A DNA stretch of 64,000 nt from an uncultured Bacteriovoracaceae bacterium (GCA_964012805.1 CAXGUD010000022.1:10773-74772), one strand, 5' to 3'. Positions 18,589 to 29,915 are shown, counted from the stretch's first letter. Notes: a model not told the origin generated them from the letters alone. A program made the numbers and translations.

Positions 18589-21500
18589 TTAAAAGACCAA
18601 TTAAATTTTAAGTCAGCTCCCGCTGAATTCGTTGATTCATTTTCTGTCTCTGTAGATGATTTAATTTCATACACACCTTCTAATGAAATATTTGAATCAA
18701 TTTTTAAGTCTAAATTCATTTCTTGAGTGGGATCCATAGATCCTCCAAGTGTACTAGATACAGATAAATCTAGCTTTTCAGTCAATTTTTTTTTGATTTT
18801 TATTTTTGTTGAACTTTTTATTTTACTAGAAGCATCGCTACCTCCCACTTGACTTTGAAGCAAGTTACTATCCACATCTTGACTTAGCTCGGGAAGAATA
18901 CTCATTTTCAAACCCAGAGAGGATGTTACTCCTTCATTTAGTCTAAACTGTTCCACAAGCAGACTACCCAAACCTATAGATGTCATGGATTCCCTGTCAC
19001 TCTCCTCCATACTTTGAGAATCATTCGTTGTTATTCCAAAAGTCAAAAGAGAAAATATATCCTCTTTAGGCAAACTAGGTGTAGAAGAAAATTCAATCTT
19101 ACTCTGATTAGCATTTCCAGTAATATTTAAATTAATTAAATACTCACCGACAACACTTTCTCCTAAAAAATTAAGTTCCGGGGATGTCCTACGAAACTCA
19201 TCTTTAAAAACAACCGACCCATTTTTTAAAATGAATTCATTCCCCTTAAAGACAAATCTACTTTTCATGGGGATTAAGTTTAATTTTCCCCTAAATAATG
19301 GCTCTTCAATGCTTCCTACAACATTAAGTTGACCATCAAAATTCAAATTAGAAAAGTTATTCCTAATCATAATAGGATTAATAATATCAAAAGTAGCATC
19401 TATATTAATTATCTCCTGGTCTTCAATTAACTTTTCTTTTGGAAAATAAATAAGGTACTGTGCATTTCGTCCTCCCTTTTTAGTTAAACTTGAAAGAGGG
19501 TCCAAAATACTGCCACCAAAAATAAGATGCTCACCTTTAACGACATACGGCAATCTATTTCCATTTACGCTTCCCTTTCCAGAAATAATGACATTTGAAT
19601 TATCCAGAAGAAACATATTAGAGTTCGAAACTTTATATTTAATATCAATTTCTGGATAGGGTAAGGATATCTTAATAGTTCCACCAAGGCTCACATCCCC
19701 TTTGCCATACTTTAAATTAAATTTTTGAATTAAAAAGTCTTCATTTTCTCCTAACAAATAGAGGTTTAAGTTTTCAAACCTTCCAGGTATATCATCTATA
19801 CCAAAATCAATACCTTTTCCTTTTAGATCTAGAGCAGTTTTAAAGCTCCCTTTTCTTCTATCTAGTAGATAGCGGCCTTCAACCACTCCAGACTCCACCT
19901 TAATCTTTGATGATAAGATCTCAACCCAGGAAGAGTGGAACTTAAATATATTTTCAATTTCAAATTCTTCAGAAAGACTTCCCTTTCCTATAGAGTGAAA
20001 AAAATCTTCCTCACCTCCAATCTTTAGGTTCCATTTACTAATATCTCCATTAATTATCTTAATCTTTGACTTTTGGTCTCCAATTGAAAACCTTTTCCCC
20101 TCCCTAACCACCGTAAATTCATCAAAAGAAAGCTCCGATGTCATTTCTAGCGGATTATATAAATTAAATTTTGCAAAGAACGCCCCTAAAATCTTGCCTT
20201 CCAAGGTTTCATCATTAGAGTTATGTATAGATACAATACTAAAAAATTCTTTTATATTTAAAATATTAATTTTCCCTTTTAAAAAAGAATTTTCTTGTTT
20301 CTCTTTCGTAAAAGCCAAATTACTTTCAAAAGTCAAAGAATCGCCTAAAAAAGATCCTTTTGTAATCAAGATATCATTTTTACTTTTGATGTCTAAATTA
20401 CTGTCAGGTAAAACCTTTCCTCTTATGCTAGAGTTTTTTAAATAAAATCCCCCCTTAGAAAAAAACTCTTTTTTTCCTAATCTAAGACTTAGGCTCCCAT
20501 TTATATCACTATCAAGACCAGGAAAAACTGCTTTAAAATAATTGAAATCAGAAATCTTTAATTTTTTTAAAGTCAAATTTGAATCAAATTCATTTTTTCC
20601 AAACTTGTAATTAAACGAACCATTTATTGCACCCGCACCTTTATTAACAATAAATTTTTCCATATTTAAAAAATTATCTAAGTAAAAGAAATTCGTTTTT
20701 ATAGGACCTATTGGTTCACCAAATAATTTAAACCTAAATAATCTAGCTTTTCCTATAACTTTAATTTTATCTCTTGATAATTTCCCACTAACATTAAAGT
20801 CAGAAGAAAAAAAAGCTGGTATGCTATTTAATCTTTGGTAATGCTTAGGCAAATGCTCTTTAAATATCCTATAGCCATCATCAGTTCTAGATTTATCAAA
20901 TTTAATTGCAAGATTGATATAACCTAATTTATTAAAATCTATACTACCATTTCCTTTATATGTGGAAAGGCCAGAAATACCTATATAGTCTTTAATTTTT
21001 AGTTTAAATTTTTCTAAATCCAACTCCAGACTCGAACTTACTATTCCGAGGTTTAAGTCTATTACTGAAAATCCATCAACTTTTTTTAATATAATATTCA
21101 ATTTTTTTTTATTTTTTTTACTCTTTAAAAATAAATCAAACGTTCCCCTACCCCGAATTTTCGTATTGTAGATTGGTCCTAAGGCCTCAAGATCTATATA
21201 AGAATTTTTAGATTCAAAATTATAATTTTCACCTTTAATATCACCAAGTATTTTTAAGTTTGAATTTTTAAAAGATAGATTTGCAATAATTTTAATATTG
21301 TTCTTATCTATAATATCTAGCTTTGTATTACCAATTAAAATCTTGCTGTTAGATAAAATCACCTTCTTCCTATCAGAGCTTAAAAACTTAAACTTACGAA
21401 TATTGAATCTATTTCCAAAAAATAAAGATAATTTTCCACCCTTAAATTTTTCAATTTTAACCTTCCCAAAAAGGTTACCCTTTACATTCAATTGCTCTCT

Positions 21501-22607
21501 TTCTGAAAAAAATACCTTATCAATTGAAGCTTTTTCAAATTCGATTTCTATATTTTTAAAAGAATTATTTAAATTTGAAGCTTTACCCAACTTCTGTTTC
21601 TTTATCCGAACCTCACCATCATTAACAGATAAACGATTGATAAAAATTGACCCATCTCTATATACTAGGATCCCCTTACTTACATCTATTGGGTAATAAT
21701 CATTTAATACTTTTCCTGTGCTAAATGATAAATCCAAAATAGGTTTATCAAACTCTCCGGAAACTTTAACCTTTGTGCGCACCGCTCCATTTATTTTTTC
21801 TGTTTTTAGAAAGTTAAAGCTCTTCAAAAAACTTAAACTACCGTTAAAGTATCCAGAAAGATTTAACTTATTTCTATTATTTAATTCTTCTATTGATCCA
21901 CTTAAACCAAGTTCATCAATCATCGATTTAATGTTTAATTTATTTAGCCTCCATTCTTTTTCTTTTATCTGCAGATCAACCTCTAAGTAATCTAAAGGGT
22001 ATTCTATAATCTGATTCAATTTAAAATTTTTTAATTTAAATTTAGCTTCAATATCACTTGATGATATCTCTAATTTCAACTCTTCCGCTTCTAGACTAGA
22101 ATCTAAAAAATTAATTACTGTTCTTTCAAAGACTAAATTTCGTAAATCTACCTTAAGATTACCCAAGAAATTGCTTTTAATTTTGGAAAAGACGTCTGTT
22201 AGCTTAAAGGAGCTATTATCTTTATTAGGATTATAAAAGCTCTTTAACTTTTTATTTAAATAAACATTTCCATTCTCAAACTTTAAACGTCTAACATTAA
22301 ACTTATTAGATAGAAGATCCAATAACCCGTATGAAAGGTTTAAACTTTCTGCATCTAATTTCACTGTGTTTTCTTCTGTACTACCCATTTTAAAAGAAAT
22401 TTTCTTTAAAACGGTTACAGGAGGAAATAAATTAACTTCCATTTTTTTGAAACTTAAAGAAATACCAGCTTTTTTTAATATATTTTCGGATATTTTCTGT
22501 GATACAAAATTTGAAAATCGCTCTGTTTGAATAGCTTGAAAAAAGATCGACACAGCAACCAAAATCCCTAGAAAAAATAAAATAACAACCCTATTTATTC
22601 TTCCCAA
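18585..22607 (-). CDS. tamB: Translocation/assembly module TamB-like protein
   Basis: N-terminal anchor, long beta-taco-like repeats, DUF490-like C-terminus (FSSTPSLPKEDIFSLLTFG); overlaps the Omp85 gene. Confidence 0.85.
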   Translation of the reverse strand: MGRINRVVILFFLGILVAVSIFFQAIQTERFSNFVSQKISENILKKAGISLSFKKMEVNLFPPVTVLKKISFKMGSTEENTVKLDAESLNLSYGLLDLLSNKFNVRRLKFENGNVYLNKKLKSFYNPNKDNSSFKLTDVFSKIKSNFLGNLKVDLRNLVFERTVINFLDSSLEAEELKLEISSSDIEAKFKLKNFKLNQIIEYPLDYLEVDLQIKEKEWRLNKLNIKSMIDELGLSGSIEELNNRNKLNLSGYFNGSLSFLKSFNFLKTEKINGAVRTKVKVSGEFDKPILDLSFSTGKVLNDYYPIDVSKGILVYRDGSIFINRLSVNDGEVRIKKQKLGKASNLNNSFKNIEIEFEKASIDKVFFSEREQLNVKGNLFGKVKIEKFKGGKLSLFFGNRFNIRKFKFLSSDRKKVILSNSKILIGNTKLDIIDKNNIKIIANLSFKNSNLKILGDIKGENYNFESKNSYIDLEALGPIYNTKIRGRGTFDLFLKSKKNKKKLNIILKKVDGFSVIDLNLGIVSSSLELDLEKFKLKIKDYIGISGLSTYKGNGSIDFNKLGYINLAIKFDKSRTDDGYRIFKEHLPKHYQRLNSIPAFFSSDFNVSGKLSRDKIKVIGKARLFRFKLFGEPIGPIKTNFFYLDNFLNMEKFIVNKGAGAINGSFNYKFGKNEFDSNLTLKKLKISDFNYFKAVFPGLDSDINGSLSLRLGKKEFFSKGGFYLKNSSIRGKVLPDSNLDIKSKNDILITKGSFLGDSLTFESNLAFTKEKQENSFLKGKINILNIKEFFSIVSIHNSNDETLEGKILGAFFAKFNLYNPLEMTSELSFDEFTVVREGKRFSIGDQKSKIKIINGDISKWNLKIGGEEDFFHSIGKGSLSEEFEIENIFKFHSSWVEILSSKIKVESGVVEGRYLLDRRKGSFKTALDLKGKGIDFGIDDIPGRFENLNLYLLGENEDFLIQKFNLKYGKGDVSLGGTIKISLPYPEIDIKYKVSNSNMFLLDNSNVIISGKGSVNGNRLPYVVKGEHLIFGGSILDPLSSLTKKGGRNAQYLIYFPKEKLIEDQEIINIDATFDIINPIMIRNNFSNLNFDGQLNVVGSIEEPLFRGKLNLIPMKSRFVFKGNEFILKNGSVVFKDEFRRTSPELNFLGESVVGEYLINLNITGNANQSKIEFSSTPSLPKEDIFSLLTFGITTNDSQSMEESDRESMTSIGLGSLLVEQFRLNEGVTSSLGLKMSILPELSQDVDSNLLQSQVGGSDASSKIKSSTKIKIKKKLTEKLDLSVSSTLGGSMDPTQEMNLDLKIDSNISLEGVYEIKSSTETENESTNSAGADLKFNWSFK

Positions 22608-24012
22608 TGTCTTCCAACCTTTGTGTCACAATTCTAAAAGAAGGGTTCATCCCCTGAATCTCTAAAAAAACCTGTTTTGCCTCTTTTAATCTCCCCATGT
22701 TCCAAAGTGCCTCACCCTTTAAATAGTAGATTGGCAAATAATCGCTTTCCAAAAGATTGTAAGATTGTAGTATATTTAAAGACCTTACTAATAGTTTTTC
22801 CCAATCTTCTTTTAAGTTGTATATTTCACACACTAAATACTCATATTCCAGCTTATTTTTTATATTTAAAGCAGAAAACCTATTATTGCTTTCAAGGCTA
22901 AAAATTAAATAATCTAAAATAGAAAAAGCTTTCATTTGAATAAAGCAAATCAACCAATCGAATATATTTTTTTCTATTTTTTCAAAAGGAATTTTTTTCA
23001 AAAAAACCAGCAATTTTTTTTCACCAGTAATAAATTCTTGGTTTAAATCAATTGAATTATTAAATTTATTAAAAGATTCATTCCTAATATCTGAAGAGAT
23101 CAATTCTTTTTCTAAAAAAAGATTATCTCTGTCCAAGACTTTAGTGCTATTAGAATTATCCTCCTTACTCTTCTTGATTACCTCAAAATCTACCCCAAAA
23201 CCTTTGTATTTACTCTTTATTTTGCGAGAGAAATAGTCATAACTAACTCCATCAAATCCAAAAATAACAAAATATCTATGAAAGGATGTTAGTAAGTTAT
23301 GACAATCTAAAATAGTATTGTTCACACCTGTATGATTTAAATCTAAAACAAGCTTGTTTAAGTATGTCTCAGAATATAGCCACCAGTTAACTCCTTTTTT
23401 CTCCCATAGCTCTTGTAAAGAGCTATACCAACTTGGTAACGAACTGTGATCTAACAGAAAGCTCCTCTTATACCTATTAAAGATTTTAATAAATTCTTCT
23501 AAATCTCCTGTCCTACCTAGAGCTTTTAACCAAAAAGAGTATAACCAGTCCTCTAACCTAATTTTTTCATCCAACTGCGACACTAAATAAATGATTCTTT
23601 CATTCAATTTATTTGTATCCAAAAAAGATAGGTAACTTAAAGCCTTTTCTTTCGCAAGCTCCAAATCACCTTCCTCTATCAAAATTAGAATATACTCTAT
23701 GAAGAAATAATTCCTGAGATAATAATCGTTCTTTGACAACTCTTCTAATTCGTCTAATAAGGTTACGTTACGTAATTTCAAATCTGAATAAATCTCACTT
23801 AAAGCAAGTAATGAAAAAAAGGTATATTTAAAATTACTAATTTTTCTAAAATGGAGTAATTGCTTCTCTAAAAAGTCTTTTTGTTCACTGGTAGAAAGTT
23901 TTGTCTCACTAAAAAGAGCATGGCTTATTTTTAGATTAAAAACTTTTTCTTTCTTTTTAATTTTTTCAATTAAGGAGTCAAAATGAATCAAAATATTATC
24001 CCTACAAAACAC
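22591..24012 (-). CDS. TPR protein, positional and C-terminal homologue of SgmX/Bd2492
   Basis: C-terminal TPR YYLKGEALWNMGRLKEAKQVFLEIQGMNPSFRIVTQRL; lies between accC and tamB. Confidence 0.6.
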   Translation of the reverse strand: MFCRDNILIHFDSLIEKIKKKEKVFNLKISHALFSETKLSTSEQKDFLEKQLLHFRKISNFKYTFFSLLALSEIYSDLKLRNVTLLDELEELSKNDYYLRNYFFIEYILILIEEGDLELAKEKALSYLSFLDTNKLNERIIYLVSQLDEKIRLEDWLYSFWLKALGRTGDLEEFIKIFNRYKRSFLLDHSSLPSWYSSLQELWEKKGVNWWLYSETYLNKLVLDLNHTGVNNTILDCHNLLTSFHRYFVIFGFDGVSYDYFSRKIKSKYKGFGVDFEVIKKSKEDNSNSTKVLDRDNLFLEKELISSDIRNESFNKFNNSIDLNQEFITGEKKLLVFLKKIPFEKIEKNIFDWLICFIQMKAFSILDYLIFSLESNNRFSALNIKNKLEYEYLVCEIYNLKEDWEKLLVRSLNILQSYNLLESDYLPIYYLKGEALWNMGRLKEAKQVFLEIQGMNPSFRIVTQRLEDIGKNK

Positions 24013-24072
24013 AACAGAAATGCTACCTTTTATTCAAAAAGTGAGCTATCTTATTGATTCTATAGTGATATT

Positions 24073-25416
24073 TTAATTCATTTTCTCTTGGAGAAAATTA
24101 GTAGAGTAATTATTTCCTCTAAAATCCGGATGATTAATTATTTTTATGTGAAGAGGGGCATTTGTCTTTATTCCTTCTATAATAACCTCATCCAAAGCTC
24201 GGTTCATCCTTTCTAAACATTCTTCTCTGGTTAAAGCATGTACTATAACCTTACCTAACATAGAGTCATAAAAAGGAGGTACTCTGTAGCCTGAGTAAAT
24301 AAAATCATCAATTCTAACACCTATTCCCGCAGGCCTATAATAGTGCAAAATTTTTCCAGGAGATGGCATCTGAGTATCAGGGTCCTCGGCATTTAATCTG
24401 CATTCCAAAGAGTGACCTGTAAAAACAATCTCTTTTTGAGAAAAGCTTAGTTTCTCTTCCATAGCAGACTTAATTTGCTGAGAAATTAAGTCAATTTTTG
24501 TTCTTTCCTCAGTAATCGGGTGCTCAACCTGTATTCTTGTATTCATTTCCATGAAGTAAAATTTTTCTTCGTCCTGGTCATAAAGAAACTCGACAGTACC
24601 TACAGAGTCATAATTAACATACTTGGCCAAATCTACTGCCGCTTTACAAATTTCCTGCCTTTTCTTTTCTTTCAAAACAGGCGATGGAGACTCTTCTATA
24701 ATTTTTTGGAATCTCCTTTGGATTGTACAATCTCTTTCACCAAGGTGAACTACATTTCCATGCTTATCAGCCAGGATCTGAACTTCAATATGCCTTGGGT
24801 TTGTAATATATTTTTCAATGAAAAGTGTATCATCGCCAAAACCAGCCTTAGCTTCTAGCTTCATTCTTTTTAAAGACGGCAAAAGATCGTTCATATCGTC
24901 GATCTTTTTCATACCTCGGCCACCGCCTCCAGCAGAAGCCTTAATCAATACAGGTAAACCCAAAAGCTCAGCATCCCTTAAAATATCTTCATCTTTTCTA
25001 TTTTTAACCTCAACTGGACAAAGAACGGGTAAACCTGCCTTCTTAGCTAATTCCTTCGAAAAAATTTTATCACCCATTTTTTCAATACAATCCTCATTTG
25101 GACCAATAAATACAATTCCCCACTTTTTACAGAGACTGGAAAATTCTTTATTTTCAGAGAGAAAGCCAAAACCAGGATGGATCGCCTCAGCTCCAGTTAT
25201 TTCGGCAGCAGAGAGGATTGAAGGGATATTCAAATAACTCGCAGTTGACTTAGCTGGACCAATACATACTGACTCATCAGCCAACTTGACGTGAAGAGAG
25301 TTTTCGTCTGCAGTAGAATGCACGCAAACAGTCTCTATCCCCATCTCTTTGCAAGTTCTCAAAATTCTTACGGCGATTTCTCCACGATTAGCAATAAGAA
25401 TTTTTTTAAATTTCAT
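24073..25416 (-). CDS. accC: Acetyl-CoA carboxylase, biotin carboxylase
   Basis: KILIANRGEIA, HPGFGFLSEN, GGGGRGM, EMNTRIQVEH, RLNAEDP. Confidence 0.98.
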   Translation of the reverse strand: MKFKKILIANRGEIAVRILRTCKEMGIETVCVHSTADENSLHVKLADESVCIGPAKSTASYLNIPSILSAAEITGAEAIHPGFGFLSENKEFSSLCKKWGIVFIGPNEDCIEKMGDKIFSKELAKKAGLPVLCPVEVKNRKDEDILRDAELLGLPVLIKASAGGGGRGMKKIDDMNDLLPSLKRMKLEAKAGFGDDTLFIEKYITNPRHIEVQILADKHGNVVHLGERDCTIQRRFQKIIEESPSPVLKEKKRQEICKAAVDLAKYVNYDSVGTVEFLYDQDEEKFYFMEMNTRIQVEHPITEERTKIDLISQQIKSAMEEKLSFSQKEIVFTGHSLECRLNAEDPDTQMPSPGKILHYYRPAGIGVRIDDFIYSGYRVPPFYDSMLGKVIVHALTREECLERMNRALDEVIIEGIKTNAPLHIKIINHPDFRGNNYSTNFLQEKMN

Positions 25417-25443
25417 TATTAAACCTTTTAAAAAGTTAGTATT

Positions 25444-25908
25444 CTAGCGTCTTAGCTTGAAAAGGACCTGACCAAATTCAACATAGTTTTCATTTTCAAC
25501 GCAAACTTCAAGAACTTCACCAGATACATCCGACTCAATTTCATTCATAATTTTCATAGCTTCTACTATGCAAAGAACTTTTCCTGGACTAACTTTATCT
25601 CCCGGCTTCACAAAAGAATCCGCTTCTGGAGAAGGAGACCTATAAAATGTTCCAACAAAAGGAGAGGTAATTTCGATAATATTTTCATCTTTTGAACTAG
25701 AATCAATCTTATCAGCCGCCCCACTCACTTCTTTAGGCATTGAAGGGGAGTGACTCAGAGTATGCTGTGGGACGCCTACAACTTGTTGAATGCTAGAAGC
25801 TACAGGCAAAGTAACTGAATATTTTTCTTTTTCAGATTCATATTTCAGCTCAGAAACTCCCGAGTCCTTTGCAAACTGAACAAATTTCTCTAATTTTTCC
25901 AAATCCAT
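25444..25908 (-). CDS. accB: Biotin carboxyl carrier protein
   Basis: [19 protein letters not shown] biotinylation motif. Confidence 0.98.
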   Translation of the reverse strand: MDLEKLEKFVQFAKDSGVSELKYESEKEKYSVTLPVASSIQQVVGVPQHTLSHSPSMPKEVSGAADKIDSSSKDENIIEITSPFVGTFYRSPSPEADSFVKPGDKVSPGKVLCIVEAMKIMNEIESDVSGEVLEVCVENENYVEFGQVLFKLRR

Positions 25909-25961
25909 TATTTCAACCTTATTTTATATTTTAATTTTATTTCAATGATCCTACTCAAACA

Positions 25962-26531
25962 TTATTCTTTAACTCTTTCTACATAATCTCGAGTTCTAGT
26001 ATCTACTTTTAAAACTTCGTCTTCCTTAATGAAAAGAGGAACATTTAGCTGCAGTCCTGTTTCCATTATCGCTTTCTTTAAGCCTCCAGAGGCAGTATCA
26101 CCTTTCAAACCTGGGTCTGTCTGCTTGACTCGAAGGTTTACAAAATTAGGAAATTCTATAGATATCGGTCTTTTATTATAATAGAGGATAGTACACCGAA
26201 CACCTTCCCTCAAGAAGTCTTTCGACTCAGATACCTGATCCTTAGTCACGTGGATTGTCTCATAACTATCTTGATCCATAAAGTTGAAGCCTTCCATATC
26301 ATCATAAAGGTATTCCATTTCTTTCTCTTCCAGGTCTGGTGCGATAGCTCCCGTAGAGACTCCAGACTTAAAAGTCTTTTCAATAACAGCACCCGTTTCA
26401 AGGTTTTTTAATCTCGTTTTTACAAATGCAGAACCTTTGCCCGGGTTCACATGGTCTGATTTAAGAATAACAAACACCTTTCTGTCTATTTCAATTTTTA
26501 AACCTTTTTTAAGATCTGTTGTACTAAACAT
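25962..26531 (-). CDS. efp: Elongation factor P (Lys-type loop)
   Basis: PGKGSAFV, TDPGLKGDTASG, VPLFI, YVER. Confidence 0.98.
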   Translation of the reverse strand: MFSTTDLKKGLKIEIDRKVFVILKSDHVNPGKGSAFVKTRLKNLETGAVIEKTFKSGVSTGAIAPDLEEKEMEYLYDDMEGFNFMDQDSYETIHVTKDQVSESKDFLREGVRCTILYYNKRPISIEFPNFVNLRVKQTDPGLKGDTASGGLKKAIMETGLQLNVPLFIKEDEVLKVDTRTRDYVERVKE

Positions 26532-26987
26532 TTAAAAATCCTCTTCTGTAATCTGAGATATAATACTTAAAAAATACACTTCTTTTCCAAAGCCTTCAAT
26601 TATGGCGTTACTACTTTTAGCCGTCAACCTAGTGTGGCGAAAGCTTTCCCGATTATAGGTATTACTTAAATGAACTTCAATAACCTTATACTCAATGAGC
26701 TTAAGGGCATCAAGTATTGCAACACTTGTATGTGAATATGCTGCAGGATTTATAATCAGTGCGTCTAGACTCTCTAGACTCGCCTTTTGAATTCTATCGA
26801 CTATCTCACCCTCTAAATTGGACTGAAACCAGTCAATATTCACGTACTTACAAAAAGAGTGAACCCTTTTTTCCGTATACTCTTGGATCTCCTTAAGGCT
26901 TAAGCTTCCATAAATTTCAGGCTCTCTTTTTCCTAAAAAGTTTAAATTTGGCCCATTAATAACCAAGAACTTTCTTTTATTAACCAT
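26532..26987 (-). CDS. aroQ: Type II 3-dehydroquinate dehydratase
   Basis: NGPNLNFLGKREPEIYG, QSNLEG, INPAAYSHTS, EVHLSN. Confidence 0.97.
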   Translation of the reverse strand: MVNKRKFLVINGPNLNFLGKREPEIYGSLSLKEIQEYTEKRVHSFCKYVNIDWFQSNLEGEIVDRIQKASLESLDALIINPAAYSHTSVAILDALKLIEYKVIEVHLSNTYNRESFRHTRLTAKSSNAIIEGFGKEVYFLSIISQITEEDF

Positions 26988-27104
26988 AGCGAAAAACCTT
27001 TGACTAACTTATGGCGCGTCAAAGTAACAATGATAACTTCTCTTGTAAAGCTAAAGAGTGTTTATAACCATTAAATTTAGTGAGATTTTTATAATGAGTT
27101 TGCT

Positions 27105-28130
27105 CTATGCTTCCTTAAAACTTTCCGCCCTTTTTTTAAGCTCATTAAGAAAGCTATTCATACGGCCCTTAACTATTAAGAAATCTTTTTCAATTCTTGG
27201 ATCCTCATGGTGTACTTTGCTTTCTACCTCAGGTTCTTTTTCACGATGAAACTCTAGTTCCTGACGCTTGTCTGTTAAAGTCTTATCACTTGGATTTAGA
27301 GATATTAGCTTTTCAAGTACATCCAAAGCTTTATCTTTATAACCTTGGGAAATATAAAGATCTACCAAAGTAAGTGTTACAATAGACTCGTCATTCTTAC
27401 TTTCACTCTTAATTTTTTCTGATTCGTGTTTAGGGTCCATTTCAAAGTCATTCGTAGCAGAAATATTCTTTTTAACCAGCTCATTTCTAACGCTTGGAAG
27501 CTCTTTCACCCTCTCGTCAAAATCAAAAGTTTCTTGTTTATTTCTTAAAACATTACCCTCTATTTCCTCAACAGAATTTGTATTTGGTTTCGTCAAATCT
27601 TTTTGAATCCATCTACTTTTTTCGCTCTCACTATCATTAAAAAGATTAATGTCATTTGTCGGAATCTCATTAATAGTTAATTCATTTTGTATTAAAGAGT
27701 TATTAAATTGTTCCTCAATTTTTTTAACTGCTTTGGATATATTCTTATCTCTCGGATTTAAAAAAAGTAAAAACTTATAAGTATCAAGAGCCTCCTCAAA
27801 ATAGCCAAGCTCAAAACAAATACTTCCAAAAAGCTTTTGCAACCTTATATTGTCTCTTGAACCCTCAACAAAAGGCCTAACAGTAGAGTAAGCAAGTTCT
27901 AATTTTCCTATGTCCTTATAGCAAAAAGCTAATCCTAAATAACCCATAAGATAAGAAGGGTGATTTTTAATTCCCTTTTTAAGCAAATCAAAAGCTTTAT
28001 CTCTCATCCCGAGTTTTCTATAAGCTTCAGCGAGCGGTGCAAAAACACGGGACTTGGGATTTTTTTCGTAAGCATCTAGATACTTAACCAATAACGGTGA
28101 TGTTAATCCACTTTTTTGCATTTTCCTCAC
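27105..28130 (-). CDS. TPR protein downstream of pilQ
   Basis: NPKSRVFAPLAEAYRKLG TPRs, acidic linker, C-terminal TLTLVDLYISQGYKDKAL TPR. Confidence 0.8.
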   Translation of the reverse strand: MRKMQKSGLTSPLLVKYLDAYEKNPKSRVFAPLAEAYRKLGMRDKAFDLLKKGIKNHPSYLMGYLGLAFCYKDIGKLELAYSTVRPFVEGSRDNIRLQKLFGSICFELGYFEEALDTYKFLLFLNPRDKNISKAVKKIEEQFNNSLIQNELTINEIPTNDINLFNDSESEKSRWIQKDLTKPNTNSVEEIEGNVLRNKQETFDFDERVKELPSVRNELVKKNISATNDFEMDPKHESEKIKSESKNDESIVTLTLVDLYISQGYKDKALDVLEKLISLNPSDKTLTDKRQELEFHREKEPEVESKVHHEDPRIEKDFLIVKGRMNSFLNELKKRAESFKEA

Positions 28131-28139
28131 CTCAAGACT

Positions 28140-29915
28140 CTATGCTTTGTCTATAAGTCCTGCTTCTTCTTGATTAACAATCCTTGGAGTTAAAAATATA
28201 ATCATTTCACTTTTTTCAGTCTTAGGATTATAAAGCGTTCTAAAAAACCAACCAACCATTGGTAAATCTTTTAGAAATGGAATCCCAGAATGGTTTTCTT
28301 GCTTGGTAAAGCTATATATTCCACCAAGAACAATTGTTGATCCATTGTCTACTAAGACACTTGTATTTATATCTCTAGTTTGCTTTGTTGGTGGAGCCTC
28401 AGTAAACTCTCTAGTGCCAAATTGTTCTTTTTTCAAGTTAATATCCATTACAATAGAGCCTTCATTGGTAACTTGTGGTGTAACCTCTAGAACAAGCTCA
28501 GCAGAAGCTTCATCAAATGTTGTGGTAACGCTACCTCCACTTGATTCAGTTTTTGCAAAATATCTTGAGTCTTTGGTATTAATTTTGGCTTTCTTTTTAT
28601 TTTGAGTGATTACTTTAGGACTAGAAATAATTTTTAACTTAGATTCACTTTCCATGATTTGAAGTTTAAATGTTAAATCTTTTAACCTACCAAATCTTGC
28701 GATAGATAATCCAAAAATTTGGGACCTATTTGCAGCGTCCGGTGCTGTACTGAAAGAAAACCCTGGTCCGTCATCTACTCCGCCGCCCACTGGATCATAG
28801 CCAAAACCAAAACCTTCTCTCAAGCCTATTTCTTTTGCATATGACTCTGTAACTTCAATAATTTTGGATTCGATTAGTACTTGGGGTGTTTGAGTATCTA
28901 ATACTTGTATAATTTTTCTAATTTTTTCGATCACTTCAGGTGTATCTTTTACAATTATAGAGTTAGTTCTTAAATCTTCAGAAGTTCTTCCTCTTTTGGG
29001 AGTTAAATACTCTTCAATAATTTTTTTTAGATCTGTAGTTTTCGCATAACTTATAGGAAATACTTTTGCGACCAACCTCTCTTCTTTTTTAGCCACTTTT
29101 TTTGCATCTAATTCTATCTGTTTATCTTTTGTGGCAGTTTCAAGTGTTGTCACCAGAAGAATGATTCCATTTTTTTTAGCAACTAACTTATTTAAATTAA
29201 GAATCGTATCTAGTGCTTGATCCCAAGGGATATTCGTTAGATTTAAACTGAGGGGGGGAAGTTTTTTTATATCTTCTGTTATGATAATGTTAAACCCTGA
29301 AGCGTCGGCAATCATTTTTAAAATATCTTCAATCTTAACGTCTTTCACACTAAAGGATATTTTCTTTCCAACATACTTTTTTCTACCAGATAAAGTTATA
29401 TTTTCTAAAATATCTTCGATTGAGTCGGATTTTGGTACTAAAAGTTTATCCTCTTCTATTACTGCTATTTTTTCTTTTAAGGTTTCATTCTTTTCAATTT
29501 CATTTTGGGAAAAAACACCAAACCTGTTTTCTATCTTCAGTAAAATTGAGTTTCCTTTCCTTTGCAATATTGACCTAACATTTTCTCTTAATTGAATTGC
29601 AATTCTTAAATCACCGACCGTCTTTGGTTTCTTATAAGCAGAAACAAAGACAACGCTCCCGGAAAACTCGGAAGTATCAAAAGACCTTATTGTTTTTTGA
29701 TCAGCCTGCACATTTTTTAAATCTATGATTATTTGTTTGTCTTCAACAATAGAAAACCTTTTCGCCAAAACGTCATGTCTATCAAAAGACAAATCTAGAT
29801 AGGATACTTCCCCTTTTTGGTAAAACTTCATTCCTTTCATCACAGAAGAAAAACTAAGAAAAGGAAAGAGGGAAAGCATGGTAAAAACAATAGCATTTAT
29901 GAACTTTCTTTCCAT
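28140..29915 (-). CDS. pilQ: Type IV pilus secretin PilQ
   Basis: AMIN-like N-terminus, PWDQALD, PQVLIESKI, VTPQVT, GIPFLKDLP, IFLTPRIV. Confidence 0.95.
   Translation of the reverse strand: MERKFINAIVFTMLSLFPFLSFSSVMKGMKFYQKGEVSYLDLSFDRHDVLAKRFSIVEDKQIIIDLKNVQADQKTIRSFDTSEFSGSVVFVSAYKKPKTVGDLRIAIQLRENVRSILQRKGNSILLKIENRFGVFSQNEIEKNETLKEKIAVIEEDKLLVPKSDSIEDILENITLSGRKKYVGKKISFSVKDVKIEDILKMIADASGFNIIITEDIKKLPPLSLNLTNIPWDQALDTILNLNKLVAKKNGIILLVTTLETATKDKQIELDAKKVAKKEERLVAKVFPISYAKTTDLKKIIEEYLTPKRGRTSEDLRTNSIIVKDTPEVIEKIRKIIQVLDTQTPQVLIESKIIEVTESYAKEIGLREGFGFGYDPVGGGVDDGPGFSFSTAPDAANRSQIFGLSIARFGRLKDLTFKLQIMESESKLKIISSPKVITQNKKKAKINTKDSRYFAKTESSGGSVTTTFDEASAELVLEVTPQVTNEGSIVMDINLKKEQFGTREFTEAPPTKQTRDINTSVLVDNGSTIVLGGIYSFTKQENHSGIPFLKDLPMVGWFFRTLYNPKTEKSEMIIFLTPRIVNQEEAGLIDKA

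Noticed and set aside
21103..21119. Long T runs in tamB as a phase-variation tract
   Set aside because: The frame is intact (Lys codons), and such runs are common at this AT content.
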